DNA of 63,767 nt, the filler included. It is 6 parts of 6 records of this genome, joined end to end, with 100 filler letters (N's around TTAATTAATTAA, not from the genome) between each part and the next. Parts side by side here need not be neighbours in the genome. Positions count along the whole stretch, not along the records: positions 28,389 to 34,820 come from SRR31156797_14540; positions 34,921 to 41,536 come from SRR31156797_14541; 4 more parts are not named here. One strand, written 5' to 3'. Of the stretch, positions 28,389 to 39,105 are shown one piece after another (the stretch's first letter is position 1; each line of letters begins with the position of its first letter). The position numbers were made by a program, and so were the translations under genes. The notes below the pieces were generated by a model. The model had not been told where the DNA came from, did no database searches, and saw only the letters and a program-made list of their open reading frames with translations.

Positions 28389-28799
28389 TTCCTGCACTTC
28401 AAGGACAAGATCAAGATCGCCGGCGAAGACATCAGCATGTTGTCGGGGCGCGAGGAAATGCTGCTGGCGACCCTGGTCATGGGCGGGCGCGGCTGCATGA
28501 CGGCCTCGGCCGGCATCTTCCCGGAAATCATGGTCGGCATCTGGGACAACTACCACGCCGGCAACCTGGACGAAGCCAGGCGCCTGCAGGAATCATTGCT
28601 GGTTTTGATCCGCACCATGTTCGCGGTGCCGCTGCCGGTCGGTTTCAAGCTGGGGCTCGAATTGCGCGGCTTCTATATGGGGCCGCCGCGATTGCCGCTG
28701 TCGCACGGCGACGCCTTCCAGGTCAGCACCGTGCGTTCAAGATTGCGTATGCTGATGGAACCGGTTCTGGCTGAATTCGGCGAACCGGTGGCGGCTTGA
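28389..28799 (+). CDS. DHDPS/NAL-family aldolase, C-terminal part (5' truncated)
   Basis: LSGREE..LVMGGRGCMTASAGIFPE...EARRLQ...MGPPRLPL. Confidence 0.8.
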   Translation, partial: FLHFKDKIKIAGEDISMLSGREEMLLATLVMGGRGCMTASAGIFPEIMVGIWDNYHAGNLDEARRLQESLLVLIRTMFAVPLPVGFKLGLELRGFYMGPPRLPLSHGDAFQVSTVRSRLRMLMEPVLAEFGEPVAA

Positions 28800-28807
28800 G
28801 AAAATCC

Positions 28808-29584
28808 ATGTCGGATAACCGATACAACGTTCCAGCCCTCGGACGTGCCGCGGAAATCCTCGATTTCCTGTCGCTCAAGGATGCCGATTTTCCGACCATC
28901 GTCGAAGAAGTCGGCTTGCCGAAAAGCAGCGTCTATTCCCTGCTGAAAAGCCTCGAGGAACTGGGATGGGTGCGCCGGCTCCCCGGCAGGCAGGGGTATG
29001 CTCTCGGCTTCAAGCTGTTCGAACTGGGCAACCTGGCGGTCTCCAAGATCAACATCCGCGACAGCGCCATGGGACTGCTGCACGACCTTTGCGCAGCCGA
29101 GGCCCTGACCTGCCATCTCGGCTGTTTGGACGGCAACGACGGGGTCTATCTGGGCAAGGTCGATCCGGAAAAAGGGTTTCTCATCAATTCCTGGGAAGGA
29201 AAGCGCGTCGCCCTGAAAAGTTCTGCCATGGGCAAGGTTTTTTTGGCCTGGCGCGATGTGGCCGAACGGGCGGCTTTGATGGACGCCACGCCCTTCGTCA
29301 GGAAAACCGGCAAGACGATCATGGACGCGGCCGAATTCATTCAGCTGATCGACCATGTGCGTCGTCTGGGTTATGCGCTGGACGACGAGGAAGACGTCGT
29401 CGGCATCCGCTGCGTCGCGGCGCCGGTCTTCAATTCCCGCGGCGATGTCAATTACGCCATCAGCGTTTCCGGACCGGCCCACGAAATCCCCGATGTCCGA
29501 ATTGAAATTCTGGCTCGGGCGGTCATCGACAAAGCCCGTCTCCTGTCGGCCGCCATCGGCGCGCCCAACCGCGACGTCGCCTGA
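28808..29584 (+). CDS. IclR-family transcriptional regulator
   Basis: VPALGRAAEIL, GLPKSSVYSLL HTH, SAMGKVFLA, GYALDDEE..GIRCVAAPV. Confidence 0.95.
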   Translation: MSDNRYNVPALGRAAEILDFLSLKDADFPTIVEEVGLPKSSVYSLLKSLEELGWVRRLPGRQGYALGFKLFELGNLAVSKINIRDSAMGLLHDLCAAEALTCHLGCLDGNDGVYLGKVDPEKGFLINSWEGKRVALKSSAMGKVFLAWRDVAERAALMDATPFVRKTGKTIMDAAEFIQLIDHVRRLGYALDDEEDVVGIRCVAAPVFNSRGDVNYAISVSGPAHEIPDVRIEILARAVIDKARLLSAAIGAPNRDVA

Positions 29585-29672
29585 CTGGCCGACCGGCTGC
29601 TATTCCCGAGTAAACATTGCTGCGGCGCCCGGACAGGCGTAGAATCTTATATAACGGATAGCCACTTGGCGG

Positions 29673-30167
29673 ATGGGAGGTTCGCTGATGAGATGGCTTC
29701 GCGGGAACGGCCGCGATCCGGTTCGCGGCAGATACTCCGACCGTGCGATCAAAACATGGCCGGCCGCGGTGCTGGTTTTACTCGCCGGCGCCGCTGGTGC
29801 CGCGCTTTGCTCGGCAACGCACCTTATCGCGCCTTCGGCGGCGCCGCTTCTATGCGGTTTTGGCATCCTCATCGCCATGTTCGCCACTGTCTATCTGCTG
29901 GTTCATCGGCTGCGCTGGGTCGAGCCGATGGCGCTGGTCAGATCGACCTACCGGGTCGGTTTCCTGTTTATCGCCGCCTTTTTTGCGGTGCGCCTTGTTC
30001 TCGGCCTGGCGCCCCTGCCCGGACTGCCCCCCGACTTTTCCTGGTTCCTTCTTTTGGTGATTGCGCTGGTTGCGCCGCTGGTGCCGCTGTTTCCCATCGC
30101 GCTGGCTATCGGCGATGGCCCGCCGCCCGTCGACGAAAGCCGCCTCGACGAGCCGCCGCATCTATGA
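29673..30167 (+). CDS. Hypothetical membrane protein
   Basis: About four hydrophobic segments; fills the gap between converging genes. Confidence 0.55.
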   Translation: MGGSLMRWLRGNGRDPVRGRYSDRAIKTWPAAVLVLLAGAAGAALCSATHLIAPSAAPLLCGFGILIAMFATVYLLVHRLRWVEPMALVRSTYRVGFLFIAAFFAVRLVLGLAPLPGLPPDFSWFLLLVIALVAPLVPLFPIALAIGDGPPPVDESRLDEPPHL

Positions 30168-30177
30168 GTATTCCCGA

Positions 30178-30795
30178 CTAAGGATTGTGCATGCGCTGGC
30201 GCGCGTCGACTTCCGGCCGTGTGAGTTGGCGTTTTTCCGGCGGCAGTTTTAGCTGCCCTTCCAGGTAATCGGCGCGCTTGGCGACATTTGCCGCATCCGG
30301 CATTCCATACAGCACCCGATCGACAATTCCCGGCCCGGATACGATGTCGGCGTCGATGGCCAGCGCCCGGCGGTAATCGGTCAGGGCCGATTCCGGCCGT
30401 CCGGCCCGGTCGTGCAGGATACCGCGGTTGGCGAACGCCGCGGCCAGCAGCGACGGCCGGTTGGCGTCGGTGTCGGAAACCTCTTCGATCAGAAAAGCGA
30501 TGAGTCGATCGAAACCGGCCTCGGCCTCGGCAAGGCGGCCCGATTGCAGATAGGCGATGGCGCCGCCCATCATGGCGCCGGGATGGCGGGGGTTTTCAAT
30601 AAGCGCGGCGTCGAAACGCTCTATGGCGCTTTCGAATTTGCCGTCTTCAAGAAGGATATTGCCTTGCCGGACCTCGTAATCGCCGGGTGGCGCGTCGGCG
30701 ACGTATCGCACCACCCCCCAACCGGCGGCCATGACAACCGTCGCGCCGAACACGATCAGGATGTAGCGGCGTAGGATACGGGAATTGATGGCCAA
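30178..30795 (-). CDS. Membrane-anchored TPR protein
   Basis: N-terminal TM helix; TPR motifs such as AFANRGILHDRAG..ALTDYRRALAID. Confidence 0.85.
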   Translation of the reverse strand: MAINSRILRRYILIVFGATVVMAAGWGVVRYVADAPPGDYEVRQGNILLEDGKFESAIERFDAALIENPRHPGAMMGGAIAYLQSGRLAEAEAGFDRLIAFLIEEVSDTDANRPSLLAAAFANRGILHDRAGRPESALTDYRRALAIDADIVSGPGIVDRVLYGMPDAANVAKRADYLEGQLKLPPEKRQLTRPEVDARQRMHNP

Positions 30796-30837
30796 GGACG
30801 AACGGGCCTCCTGGTCGAAACGGGGCGGGGTTTCCGC

Positions 30838-33177
30838 CTACAGGGTCCGGGCCGCCTCGGTGACGTCGTCGACCAGGGCTTCGATTTCCTTTTCCGGAAC
30901 GGTCGACATTTCCATCTTGTAGGCCAGGAACCACATCAGCGCGACGCCCAGCACCCAGAACAGAATCTGCCAGGCCCAGATCGACGGGATGCCGAACCAC
31001 CAGCCTTCCGGGCCGGCGTCCGGCGCCCCGAAGATGTCGTTGCCGATGACCGCGCCGGGGCCGATTCCGAACACCAGCCAAGCCAGCGTCGCCAGCCAGG
31101 CCAGCGGCTTCAGCTTTTTCTTGTCATCGGAAAGGGCGGCATGTTCGGCAAGGAAATTGTGGTATTTCATGCGCCGCTGCCGGTCGTCGGCGTTTTGGCT
31201 CAGGGTCGAGAACAGCAGGCAGACGCCGGCATTCAGCATCAACCCCCAACCGGCCGAATGAATGGTCAACGGCCAGCGGCCCCAATAGTCGATGCCGACC
31301 GATGCCAGGATGTCGACACCGAAATTCTCGGTGAAGATGACACCCAGAATGCCGGCGACCAGTCCCCAGGTCGCGCCGGGCCGGGTGATCCACGGAAACC
31401 AGATGACGGCGCACAGCGACGGCACCATTTGCAGGCCGAAAGCGACTGCCAATCCGCCCAGCAGGACCAGGGCGTCGCGCGAGAACGTCGACACCATCAA
31501 AGCCAGGACGATGATCACACCGATGGTGACGCGGCCGAACAGCTTTTGCGTCGAATGGGACGAGGCCGGCCGCAGATAGCGTTTGTGTACGTCGCGCGTG
31601 ATCATGCCGGCGGCAGCCGCGATATAGGCGGCGCCGGTGGATTGCATGGCGGCCAGGGCGCAGACGGCCAGCAGCCCGATCAGCCAGGCGTGTTCCTCGG
31701 CGATCAGCTTGAAATATTCGGGAATCAGGAAATCTGGATTCTCCGCGATCGGTCCCGACGGCAGCGGCGTCACCACGAACTGGGCGTCGGCCAGCACCGC
31801 CGGCAGGGCGACCCGGCGCTCGACCGCATAGACGGCCTTGAAACCGGCCCTAAGGTCGCGCTGTTTGTTTAGGAACGAGGCCAGGGCCTTTGGCGATTCG
31901 GCCAGCTTGCCGGCAACATCCGGTTCGACCCCGATCTTTCGCAGGGCGCTCGCTTTCGCCTCGATCTCGGCGATGGCAACCGCTTCGACGCCGGTGGCCA
32001 GGCTGTCGGTCAAATCGGAAACATTGGTCGCCGCGGTCACTTCGGCACCGATCAGGGGCACGGCGCCGTTATCGTAAAGGGCGACAAGGTCCTTCGCCGC
32101 CGCCGGTGCCGCGACGACTTCCGTGCCGTCTTTTTCGAGGATTCCGGCCAGGATTAGCGGGTCCTTGTTGGCGGCGGGTCCGGCCCCCAGAAGATGCGCG
32201 CCGACGCCTTGGAAAACCGCGAAAAAGATCAGGATCAGGCCGATTCCGAAGGACGATGCCCACACCTGCTGCGGCGCAAAGGGGCGCGGATCGTTGTTGG
32301 CGAACGCCCACATGGAAAAGGCCGGCGATGCCTGAATCCCCATCATCGCGATCAGATAGGTCAGGATCATGACGCCGGTCCAACTGCTGCCGATCGGGCC
32401 GTCGATGCCGAGACCGGGCGTATACTGGATGACGCCGGGAATGGCGAAATAGGCATTGTAATCGCCGCCGCCGAGGCCGCCGGTGGTACCGCCGGCGCCG
32501 GGATCGATGGTCGCCAGCGCCGCCAGGCCGGTTTGCAGCGCCGATAGCCCGCCGATGGCGTGCAGCGCGACGACGCCGGTCAGCACGATACCGACCGCCA
32601 TCAGGATGCATTGCAGCGCATCGACATAGGCGACGGCCCGCAGGCCGCCGGAGACCAGATAGGTCAGCATGACCAGCGCCAGCAGCCACATGCCCAGGTT
32701 CTGACTGATGACGTTGTCGGTCAGCACCGAGAACAGATACCCGGACGCGCCGAACTGAATCCCGACGTAGGGAATCGAAAACAGCAGGGCGACGATCACG
32801 GTCAGGAACCGAATGGCGTCGCCGCGGAAATAATCGGCCAGCATTTCGCCCGGCGTCACGTATCCGAATCGCTTGCCCAGCATCCATTGGCGTTTCAGGA
32901 AAAAGACGCCGCTCATCGGAATGGTGATGGCGTAAAAAGCGGCGAATGCGTAGGCGAAGCCGTCGCGGAAGATCAGCCCCGGATGGCCCATGAAGGTCCA
33001 CCCGGAAAACGAGGTGGCGGTTGCCGCCAAAATGAAAATCCACAGCGACAGCCGGCGCCCGGCGATGAAAAAGTCGCTGATGGTGCGCGCCGTCCAGGCC
33101 CCGCGAATTCCCGCCAACAGGCAATAGGCCCAATAGAGCCCGACGAATGCGAACAGCCAGGTCAGCTTGGCAGACAA
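30838..33177 (-). CDS. Sodium:solute symporter (SSS) family transporter with a loop insert
   Basis: DFFIAGR, ATATSFSGWTFMGHPG, GGLRAVAYVD, ALAAMQST; TTG start. Confidence 0.92.
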   Translation of the reverse strand: MSAKLTWLFAFVGLYWAYCLLAGIRGAWTARTISDFFIAGRRLSLWIFILAATATSFSGWTFMGHPGLIFRDGFAYAFAAFYAITIPMSGVFFLKRQWMLGKRFGYVTPGEMLADYFRGDAIRFLTVIVALLFSIPYVGIQFGASGYLFSVLTDNVISQNLGMWLLALVMLTYLVSGGLRAVAYVDALQCILMAVGIVLTGVVALHAIGGLSALQTGLAALATIDPGAGGTTGGLGGGDYNAYFAIPGVIQYTPGLGIDGPIGSSWTGVMILTYLIAMMGIQASPAFSMWAFANNDPRPFAPQQVWASSFGIGLILIFFAVFQGVGAHLLGAGPAANKDPLILAGILEKDGTEVVAAPAAAKDLVALYDNGAVPLIGAEVTAATNVSDLTDSLATGVEAVAIAEIEAKASALRKIGVEPDVAGKLAESPKALASFLNKQRDLRAGFKAVYAVERRVALPAVLADAQFVVTPLPSGPIAENPDFLIPEYFKLIAEEHAWLIGLLAVCALAAMQSTGAAYIAAAAGMITRDVHKRYLRPASSHSTQKLFGRVTIGVIIVLALMVSTFSRDALVLLGGLAVAFGLQMVPSLCAVIWFPWITRPGATWGLVAGILGVIFTENFGVDILASVGIDYWGRWPLTIHSAGWGLMLNAGVCLLFSTLSQNADDRQRRMKYHNFLAEHAALSDDKKKLKPLAWLATLAWLVFGIGPGAVIGNDIFGAPDAGPEGWWFGIPSIWAWQILFWVLGVALMWFLAYKMEMSTVPEKEIEALVDDVTEAARTL

Positions 33178-33527
33178 TACGGTTCCTCCCGATTGGCCGA
33201 TTCTGTTCGGGGTGTGTTGAACTGCCCCTACGAACGTTTTCTCCGGCCGGATATTCTGAAAAGACGGTTAAGAATACGCAAGACCTCTGGCAACCGGAAG
33301 TCAACCCCGGAATGCATATTGCTGCGGGAATTTTCGCGTTTCGGCGGTGTTAACAGCATGATGGCGCTTCGGTTGAGGGGATTCCGAATCACGCGACTTT
33401 GATGAAATTGCGGTTGCCCGGGCATAAGGGCGTTCCCACCTGTGGCCCGAAGCCGGTTGCCGCCCATACCGGCGGGGCGGCGGGATGCGGCGTAAGTCTG
33501 AAACCGATCAGGAGTTCAAGAACCGCC

Positions 33528-34013
33528 ATGAAAACCTTCTTTGCCCTCATTCTGTCCTTCGCCGTGATTGCCGGCGCCGTACCGGCGTCGGCGGCGGGCA
33601 GCGATTCCGATTCGGGGAATTCCAAAACCTGGAACCAGCAGGACAGCAAGGCCGATCCCGATTACGCCGCCGGCAAGAAGGCGGCCGAACAAAAGGATTT
33701 TGCCGCCGCCGTCATGCATCTTGAAAAAGCCGTCGCCACCAATGCCGAAAACGCCGACGCCTTCAACCTGTTGGGTTATTCGCAGCGCAACATGGGCGAC
33801 TTCGACGCCGCCTTCGCCAGCTACGGCCGTGCGCTTGCGATCGATCCCAAGCACAAGGGCGCGCACGAATATATCGGCGAAGCCTACCTGCAGACCGGCA
33901 ATCTCTCGAAGGCCGAGGAGCATCTGAAAAAGCTCGACGATATCTGCTTCTTCGGCTGCGACGAGTTCGACGAGCTGAAGGAAAAGATCGCCCAATACCG
34001 CAAGAAGCAATAG
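33528..34013 (+). CDS. Exported TPR protein
   Basis: Signal peptide; NADAFNLLGYS, HKGAHEYIGEAYL, CFFGCDE. Confidence 0.88.
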   Translation: MKTFFALILSFAVIAGAVPASAAGSDSDSGNSKTWNQQDSKADPDYAAGKKAAEQKDFAAAVMHLEKAVATNAENADAFNLLGYSQRNMGDFDAAFASYGRALAIDPKHKGAHEYIGEAYLQTGNLSKAEEHLKKLDDICFFGCDEFDELKEKIAQYRKKQ

Positions 34014-34202
34014 CGCCGAACAGTACGCGGAGCCGTCAACGGCACCACCGTCTATTCGTTTCCGTCCGATCCCCACCATCCGCCGTGGCCATCGGCCGCG
34101 TTGCGGTCGGTGGGGTATTTGCGATAGAACCGCAATAACCGGCGGCGCTGTCCGTTTAAGCCACGCGCCAGCCGATCCGCCGTGACCGATTTGGAGCCGT
34201 CC

Positions 34203-34820
34203 ATGCCCGCCTATCAGTACGTCTATGTGATGAAAGACCTGACCAAGACCTTCCCCGGGGGGCACGAGGTCCTGAAAGGCGTTTCGCTGTCGTTTCTGCC
34301 CGGCGCCAAGATCGGCGTGCTCGGCATCAACGGTGCCGGCAAGTCGACGCTGCTGCGCATCATGGCCGGCCTCGAGGAGGAGTACAACGGCGAGGCCTGG
34401 GCGGCGGAAGGCATAAAGGTCGGTTATTTGCAGCAGGAACCGGAACTCGACCCGGCGAAGACTGTCGAGGCCAATATCATCGAAGGCCTGGGCGGGACCC
34501 AGGCCCTGCTCGAGCGCTTCAACGAGGTCAGCGCGCGGTTCGCCGAACCCATGGACGACGACGAGATGAACGCGTTGCTCGAAGAGCAGGGCGAGCTGCA
34601 GGAAAAGATCGACGCCGTCAACGGCTGGGAAATGGAGCGCACCATCGAGATCGCCATGGACGCCCTGCGCTGTCCGCCCGGCGATGCCGACGTCACCAGG
34701 ATTTCCGGCGGCGAGCGCCGCCGCGTCGCGCTGTGCCGGCTGTTGCTGCAGCGCCCCGACATCCTGATGCTGGACGAACCGACCAACCATCTGGACGCCG
34801 AATCGGTGGCCTGGCTGGAG
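34203..34820 (+). CDS. ettA: ABC-F translational throttle EttA (3' truncated)
   Basis: [60 protein letters not shown]. Confidence 0.95.
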
Positions 34821-34920
34821 NNNNNNNNNNNNNNNNNNNNNNNNNNNNNNNNNNNNNNNNNNNNTTAATTAATTAANNNNNNNNNNNNNNNNNNNNNNNN
34901 NNNNNNNNNNNNNNNNNNNN
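34821..34920. other. Artificial contig linker
   Basis: N-run/TTAATTAATTAA/N-run. Confidence 0.99.
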
Positions 34921-36192
34921 CACATTGGTGATGGGGTCGTCCACCACCAGGCCCAGGGAGAGGATCAGGGCAAAGAGGGTGACCCGGTTGATGGTGTATC
35001 CGAACAGATAGTTGACAAAAAGGGCCAGGGAAAAGCTGATGGGAACGGCAATGGCGACGATCACCGCTTCCCGCCACCCCAGGGTGAAGGCCAGCAGGAT
35101 CACCACCGACACGATGGCAAAGGCAAGGGACTGGATGAGCCCCCCCACCTTTTCCTGGGCGGTTTCCCCGTAGTTTCGGGTGATCTCGGCCTGGACATCC
35201 CCCGGGATCACGGTTTTTTCAAGCTTGCGGAACTCCCGGATGATCTCTTTTGCGACGGTTACGGCATTGGTGCCCTGTTTTTTTGAGATGGCCAGGGTCA
35301 CGGCCGGATATCGTTGGGTCGGACCATGGTCCCGGGAAAAGCCGATGCTGTTATAGGTGGCGGCCTCTACTGGCAGATCCCTGACCGTGGCGATCTCCCT
35401 GAGATAGACGGGTCTATGGCTTTTTACCCCCACCACCAGGGCGTTGATCTCCTCCGCGGAGGTAAGAAAAGAGCTTGTGGATACCGTGTATTCGGTATCG
35501 TTTCGGTTAAAGCTGCCTGCGTGGACCGATGCGTCAGCCCCCCTGAGGGCGGCCGCCAAGTCGGTGAAGGAGATGTTGAAGCCCCGCATCCGCTCCGGCA
35601 CGAGTTCCACCCGGATCTCCCTGTCCCTGCCGCCGTGGATGGTGGTCCTGGAGATGTTGCTCACCCGGCTCAGCCGCGCCAGGACCTCCTGGCCGATGCG
35701 CCTGAGTTCGTGGTCGTTGCGGGTGGCGGAAAAAAGGGTCAGGTTGACGATGGGGACGTCATCGATCTCCACCGGCTTGATCACCCAGCCCCGGATGATG
35801 GGGGAGGCCTGGTCGATGTGCATGGAGATCCGGTTGTGGAGTTTTATGAGGGAGTCCTCCCGGTCCTGGCCCACAAAGAAGCGCACCGTGACCACGGCCA
35901 CGTCCTTGTGGGACATGGAGTAGACATACTCCACCCCGTCAATCTGCCACAGCAGCCGCTCCAGGGGGGTGGCCACCAGCTGCTCGATCTCTTCCGGGGT
36001 GGCCCCCGGGGCGTTCACCAGGATGTCCGCCAGGGGCACCACGATTTGGGGCTCCTCCTCCCGGGGGGTTACAAGCAGGGCCGCACCGCCCAGGCAGAGG
36101 GCGATGATGATCAGGATCATGGAGACCTTTCCGTCCAGGAAGCGCTCCACGATTTTCGATATGGGACCGGGACGGGTTTCGGGTTCGGCCAT
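34921..36192 (-). CDS. RND (AcrB/CzcA family) permease, 3' truncated
   Basis: PREEEPQIVVP, INRVTLFALILSLGLVVDDPI. Confidence 0.93.
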
Positions 36193-36194
36193 GG

Positions 36195-37292
36195 TTATCT
36201 CTCCTCCCCGGTTTCACTGGTATCCCCTACAGCAAGCACCTCTCCCGGGGCAACCCCGGAAAGCACCTCTATCTTATCCCCTGTTTCCTTGCCCGTGGTG
36301 ACGTAGCGCCGCTCCCAGCCGTGGTCCGTTCGGACCCGCACAAGTTCCAGCTGGCCCATGCGGATCACGCTGGACCGGGGGATGAGCACCACTTCCTTTT
36401 GGGCGGCGGGGATCATGAGCTTGGCATACATGCCCGGGTATAGCCCCTTGAGGGGATCGATGGCCGCCTTGACCAGAAAGGTGCGGGTTTCCGGGTCCGC
36501 ATAGGGGACAATCTCCTCCACCAGGGCCTGGCAGGTGGTGGCAAGGGTGGGAATCTCGGCCGTAAGCCGGGTGCCCGGTGCCACCCGTGACACCAGTCCC
36601 TCCCTCACATGGGCCTCGATCCGGAAGCCGGTTTCTGTTCTTAGCATCACCAGGGGCTTTCCCGGAAGGGCAAGGTCGCCTGGTTCCACCAGCCGTTGGA
36701 TCACTTCGCCTTTGACCGGGGCGGTGACCCGGGTGAAGCCCAGGGCCACCCGGGCCTGCTTGACCACCTCTTTTGCCTGCCGGATACGGGAATCGGCCTC
36801 CCTCAGGGCTTCCCTGGCCATGGACAGGGCGGCCTTTGCCTGGATGAAGCTGGATTCCGCCGTTTCCAGTTCCTGGCGGGTGGCGGCATTGGCGTCCAGA
36901 TAGCCTTTTATCCGCTGGAAGTTCAGCCGTGCCTCGGTGTGGGCGGCCCGGGCGGACTCGATTCCCTGGCGGGCCTTTTGCCTTGCGGCGGTGGCCGCCT
37001 TCAGGCCCTGTCCGGCCCTGTCCAGGTGGGAGAGGGGCTGACGGTCGTCCAGGGTCACAAGGAGATCCCCCGGCGCCACCGGGTCCCCGGCCTTTATATG
37101 GACCGCCTTGACCTGGGCCTGGATCTGGGCCTGGATCTTTGTTTCGCTCCTGGGCCTGACCGTGCCCACCGCCGGCCAGGTTTCCATGACCGTTGTCCTG
37201 ACCGCCGTGACCGTTTCCGCCATCCCGGCAACCGGGATAGATAAAAACAGGGTGCCTGCCGTTATCCAAAGTATCCATCTGCCCATGATCAT
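36195..37292 (-). CDS. RND membrane-fusion protein
   Basis: Lipoyl-like hairpin, VTAPVKGEVIQRLVEPGD, ADPETRTFLVK, PGMYAK. Confidence 0.93.
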   Translation of the reverse strand: MIMGRWILWITAGTLFLSIPVAGMAETVTAVRTTVMETWPAVGTVRPRSETKIQAQIQAQVKAVHIKAGDPVAPGDLLVTLDDRQPLSHLDRAGQGLKAATAARQKARQGIESARAAHTEARLNFQRIKGYLDANAATRQELETAESSFIQAKAALSMAREALREADSRIRQAKEVVKQARVALGFTRVTAPVKGEVIQRLVEPGDLALPGKPLVMLRTETGFRIEAHVREGLVSRVAPGTRLTAEIPTLATTCQALVEEIVPYADPETRTFLVKAAIDPLKGLYPGMYAKLMIPAAQKEVVLIPRSSVIRMGQLELVRVRTDHGWERRYVTTGKETGDKIEVLSGVAPGEVLAVGDTSETGEER

Positions 37293-38668
37293 TTCTCCTG
37301 TTTCCAGAGGTGCCTGAGGAGGCCCATTGCCCGTGCGATTTCGCTCTGGGCGATCTTTCTGTCGTAATAGGCGGCCGATAGAAAGATCCGGGCCCGGTTC
37401 CTGGCAAGTTCACTTTCAAGGTAGCGGGTCACCGTGTCCGATCCCCCCTGGTACCGTTTTTTCACAAGGAGCAGGGTTTCCTCGGCCATGGTTACGCTGG
37501 TTCTGGCAACCCCCAGGCGCTCGGTTGCGTCCGTAAGATCCAGAAAGGCGTTTCTCAATTCCTGTAAAATTCGGAGCTTCACCTTTTGTTGAAAGGCTAG
37601 GGCCCGGGTGAGTTCCTGGCGGGCCTGGAGAATCTCCTGGCCGGTGGTGCCCCCCGTGAAAAGGTCCCATTGAAGGGTTACGGCGGCGGTGTAGTTGTCC
37701 TTGTTGGTTGCATAGTCGAGATCCTCGCTGTCCAGGTAGTAGCGGCCGGACAGATCCACCACCGGCAGGTAGGTGGCGCTTGCCGCCTTGATTCCCAGTC
37801 TGGCCTTTTTCACCCGTTCATTGGCCGTGACCATCTCCGGCCGCGTCCCAAGGGCCTTGTCAATGGCCTCCTCGTACCCCTTGGGCAGTTCCACCGGGCA
37901 TTCGCAATCCGTGGCAAGGTTCAGGGTTTCCATGGGCTCCAGGGAGAGGAGGGTGGTCAGGGCGTTGAGGGTGGTTGAAAACAGGTTGCGGCTTTGGACC
38001 AGGTTTTTTCTGGCCTCGGCCACCCGCACCTCCAGGGAGAGGATGTCGGATCTCAGGACCCCGCCGCCCTTGAACCTCACCTCCATGATCCTGAGCTGTT
38101 CGGTGACCGTTGCCACCGATTCTTCGGCAATGGCCACATATTCTCTGGCCTTCAATACGGAAAAGAACAGCCGGATCACCAGGGAGACGATTCGGTTTTC
38201 AACCTCACCCGCCACGGCGCCAGCGGCCCGGAGATCGCTTTCGGCCATCCGGGTGGTCAAACGATCCCTGCCGCCCCTGAACAGGTTGATTCGGGCCATC
38301 ACCCCGGTTTCGAGGTTGGTGAAACTGCCGGGATCGTTGAAGTCGGTGCCCGGGGGCAGATCCCGCTGGTCAATGGTCTTGAACAGGTAGGCGGAGGGGG
38401 CGTCCCCGGTGGTGTATTCGCTGAACAGGGTGAGGCTTGGCATGAACAGGGCCTGGGCTTTTTTGAGGCCGGCCCCGGCGGTTTCAACCCGGCTCTTTGC
38501 CATCCTTATGTCGAGATTGTTTGACAGGGCGATCCGGATCGCCTCCTCCACCGCCAGGGGGTGGTCCGGGAGGGGGGCAGCCATTGTCCCGGTGGGTGAA
38601 TAAAATACCGTTGCAAGGGCAAGGGCGGTTCCCAGGAGCAGGGGAGCAAGTGTTGGGTGAGCCGTCAT
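37289..38668 (-). CDS. TolC-family outer membrane efflux protein
   Basis: Signal peptide, EEAIRIALSNN, ALGTRPE, YLPVVDL; operon with the MFP and RND genes. Confidence 0.92.
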   Translation of the reverse strand: MTAHPTLAPLLLGTALALATVFYSPTGTMAAPLPDHPLAVEEAIRIALSNNLDIRMAKSRVETAGAGLKKAQALFMPSLTLFSEYTTGDAPSAYLFKTIDQRDLPPGTDFNDPGSFTNLETGVMARINLFRGGRDRLTTRMAESDLRAAGAVAGEVENRIVSLVIRLFFSVLKAREYVAIAEESVATVTEQLRIMEVRFKGGGVLRSDILSLEVRVAEARKNLVQSRNLFSTTLNALTTLLSLEPMETLNLATDCECPVELPKGYEEAIDKALGTRPEMVTANERVKKARLGIKAASATYLPVVDLSGRYYLDSEDLDYATNKDNYTAAVTLQWDLFTGGTTGQEILQARQELTRALAFQQKVKLRILQELRNAFLDLTDATERLGVARTSVTMAEETLLLVKKRYQGGSDTVTRYLESELARNRARIFLSAAYYDRKIAQSEIARAMGLLRHLWKQEK

Positions 38669-39015
38669 AAAACAAACCTCCATGAACATTATCGCAATTG
38701 TCGTTGACTGCGATGGTTGAACAGCAAGTATTGTTCCAGGGTCCTCTTTAAATCAGCTTATTGGAGAGATCCGTCTCCCGAAGGCCTTTATAACCATATC
38801 GGCTGGTCTTTTTTCTGTCAATGTTCCAGATGTTTCCGGTCATGCCTGGTACAGGTCTGTATCATGAGACAATATCCATGGGACGGTTTTTCCATGTGGC
38901 CATTGTGGCCGGTCCGGGCATGGAATTAACAAAAGATCAATAAATAAGCCTTTCCTGCCCATTTGTCTCCATTCCGTCATGGGCTTTCACGGGATCGGGG
39001 TGAAAGAACAAGAAT

Positions 39016-39031
39016 TGGCACGCCCCTTGCA
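39016..39031 (+). promoter_or_regulatory. Sigma54 promoter of the oxidative-stress operon
   Basis: TGGCAC-GCCCC-TTGCA, consensus -24/-12. Confidence 0.85.
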
Positions 39032-39105
39032 ATTCTTACGGAGGAGTAATAAAGTAGAACTCTGAATCTCGGGTTTTAACAACCAGTCAATCAAGGGGAC
39101 AGTCA

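Noticed and set aside
28673-38524. Long alternative-frame ORFs (e.g. 32069-33304, 33516-34790, 36274-37419)
   Set aside because: Shadow ORFs of high-GC genes overlapping well-supported CDSs
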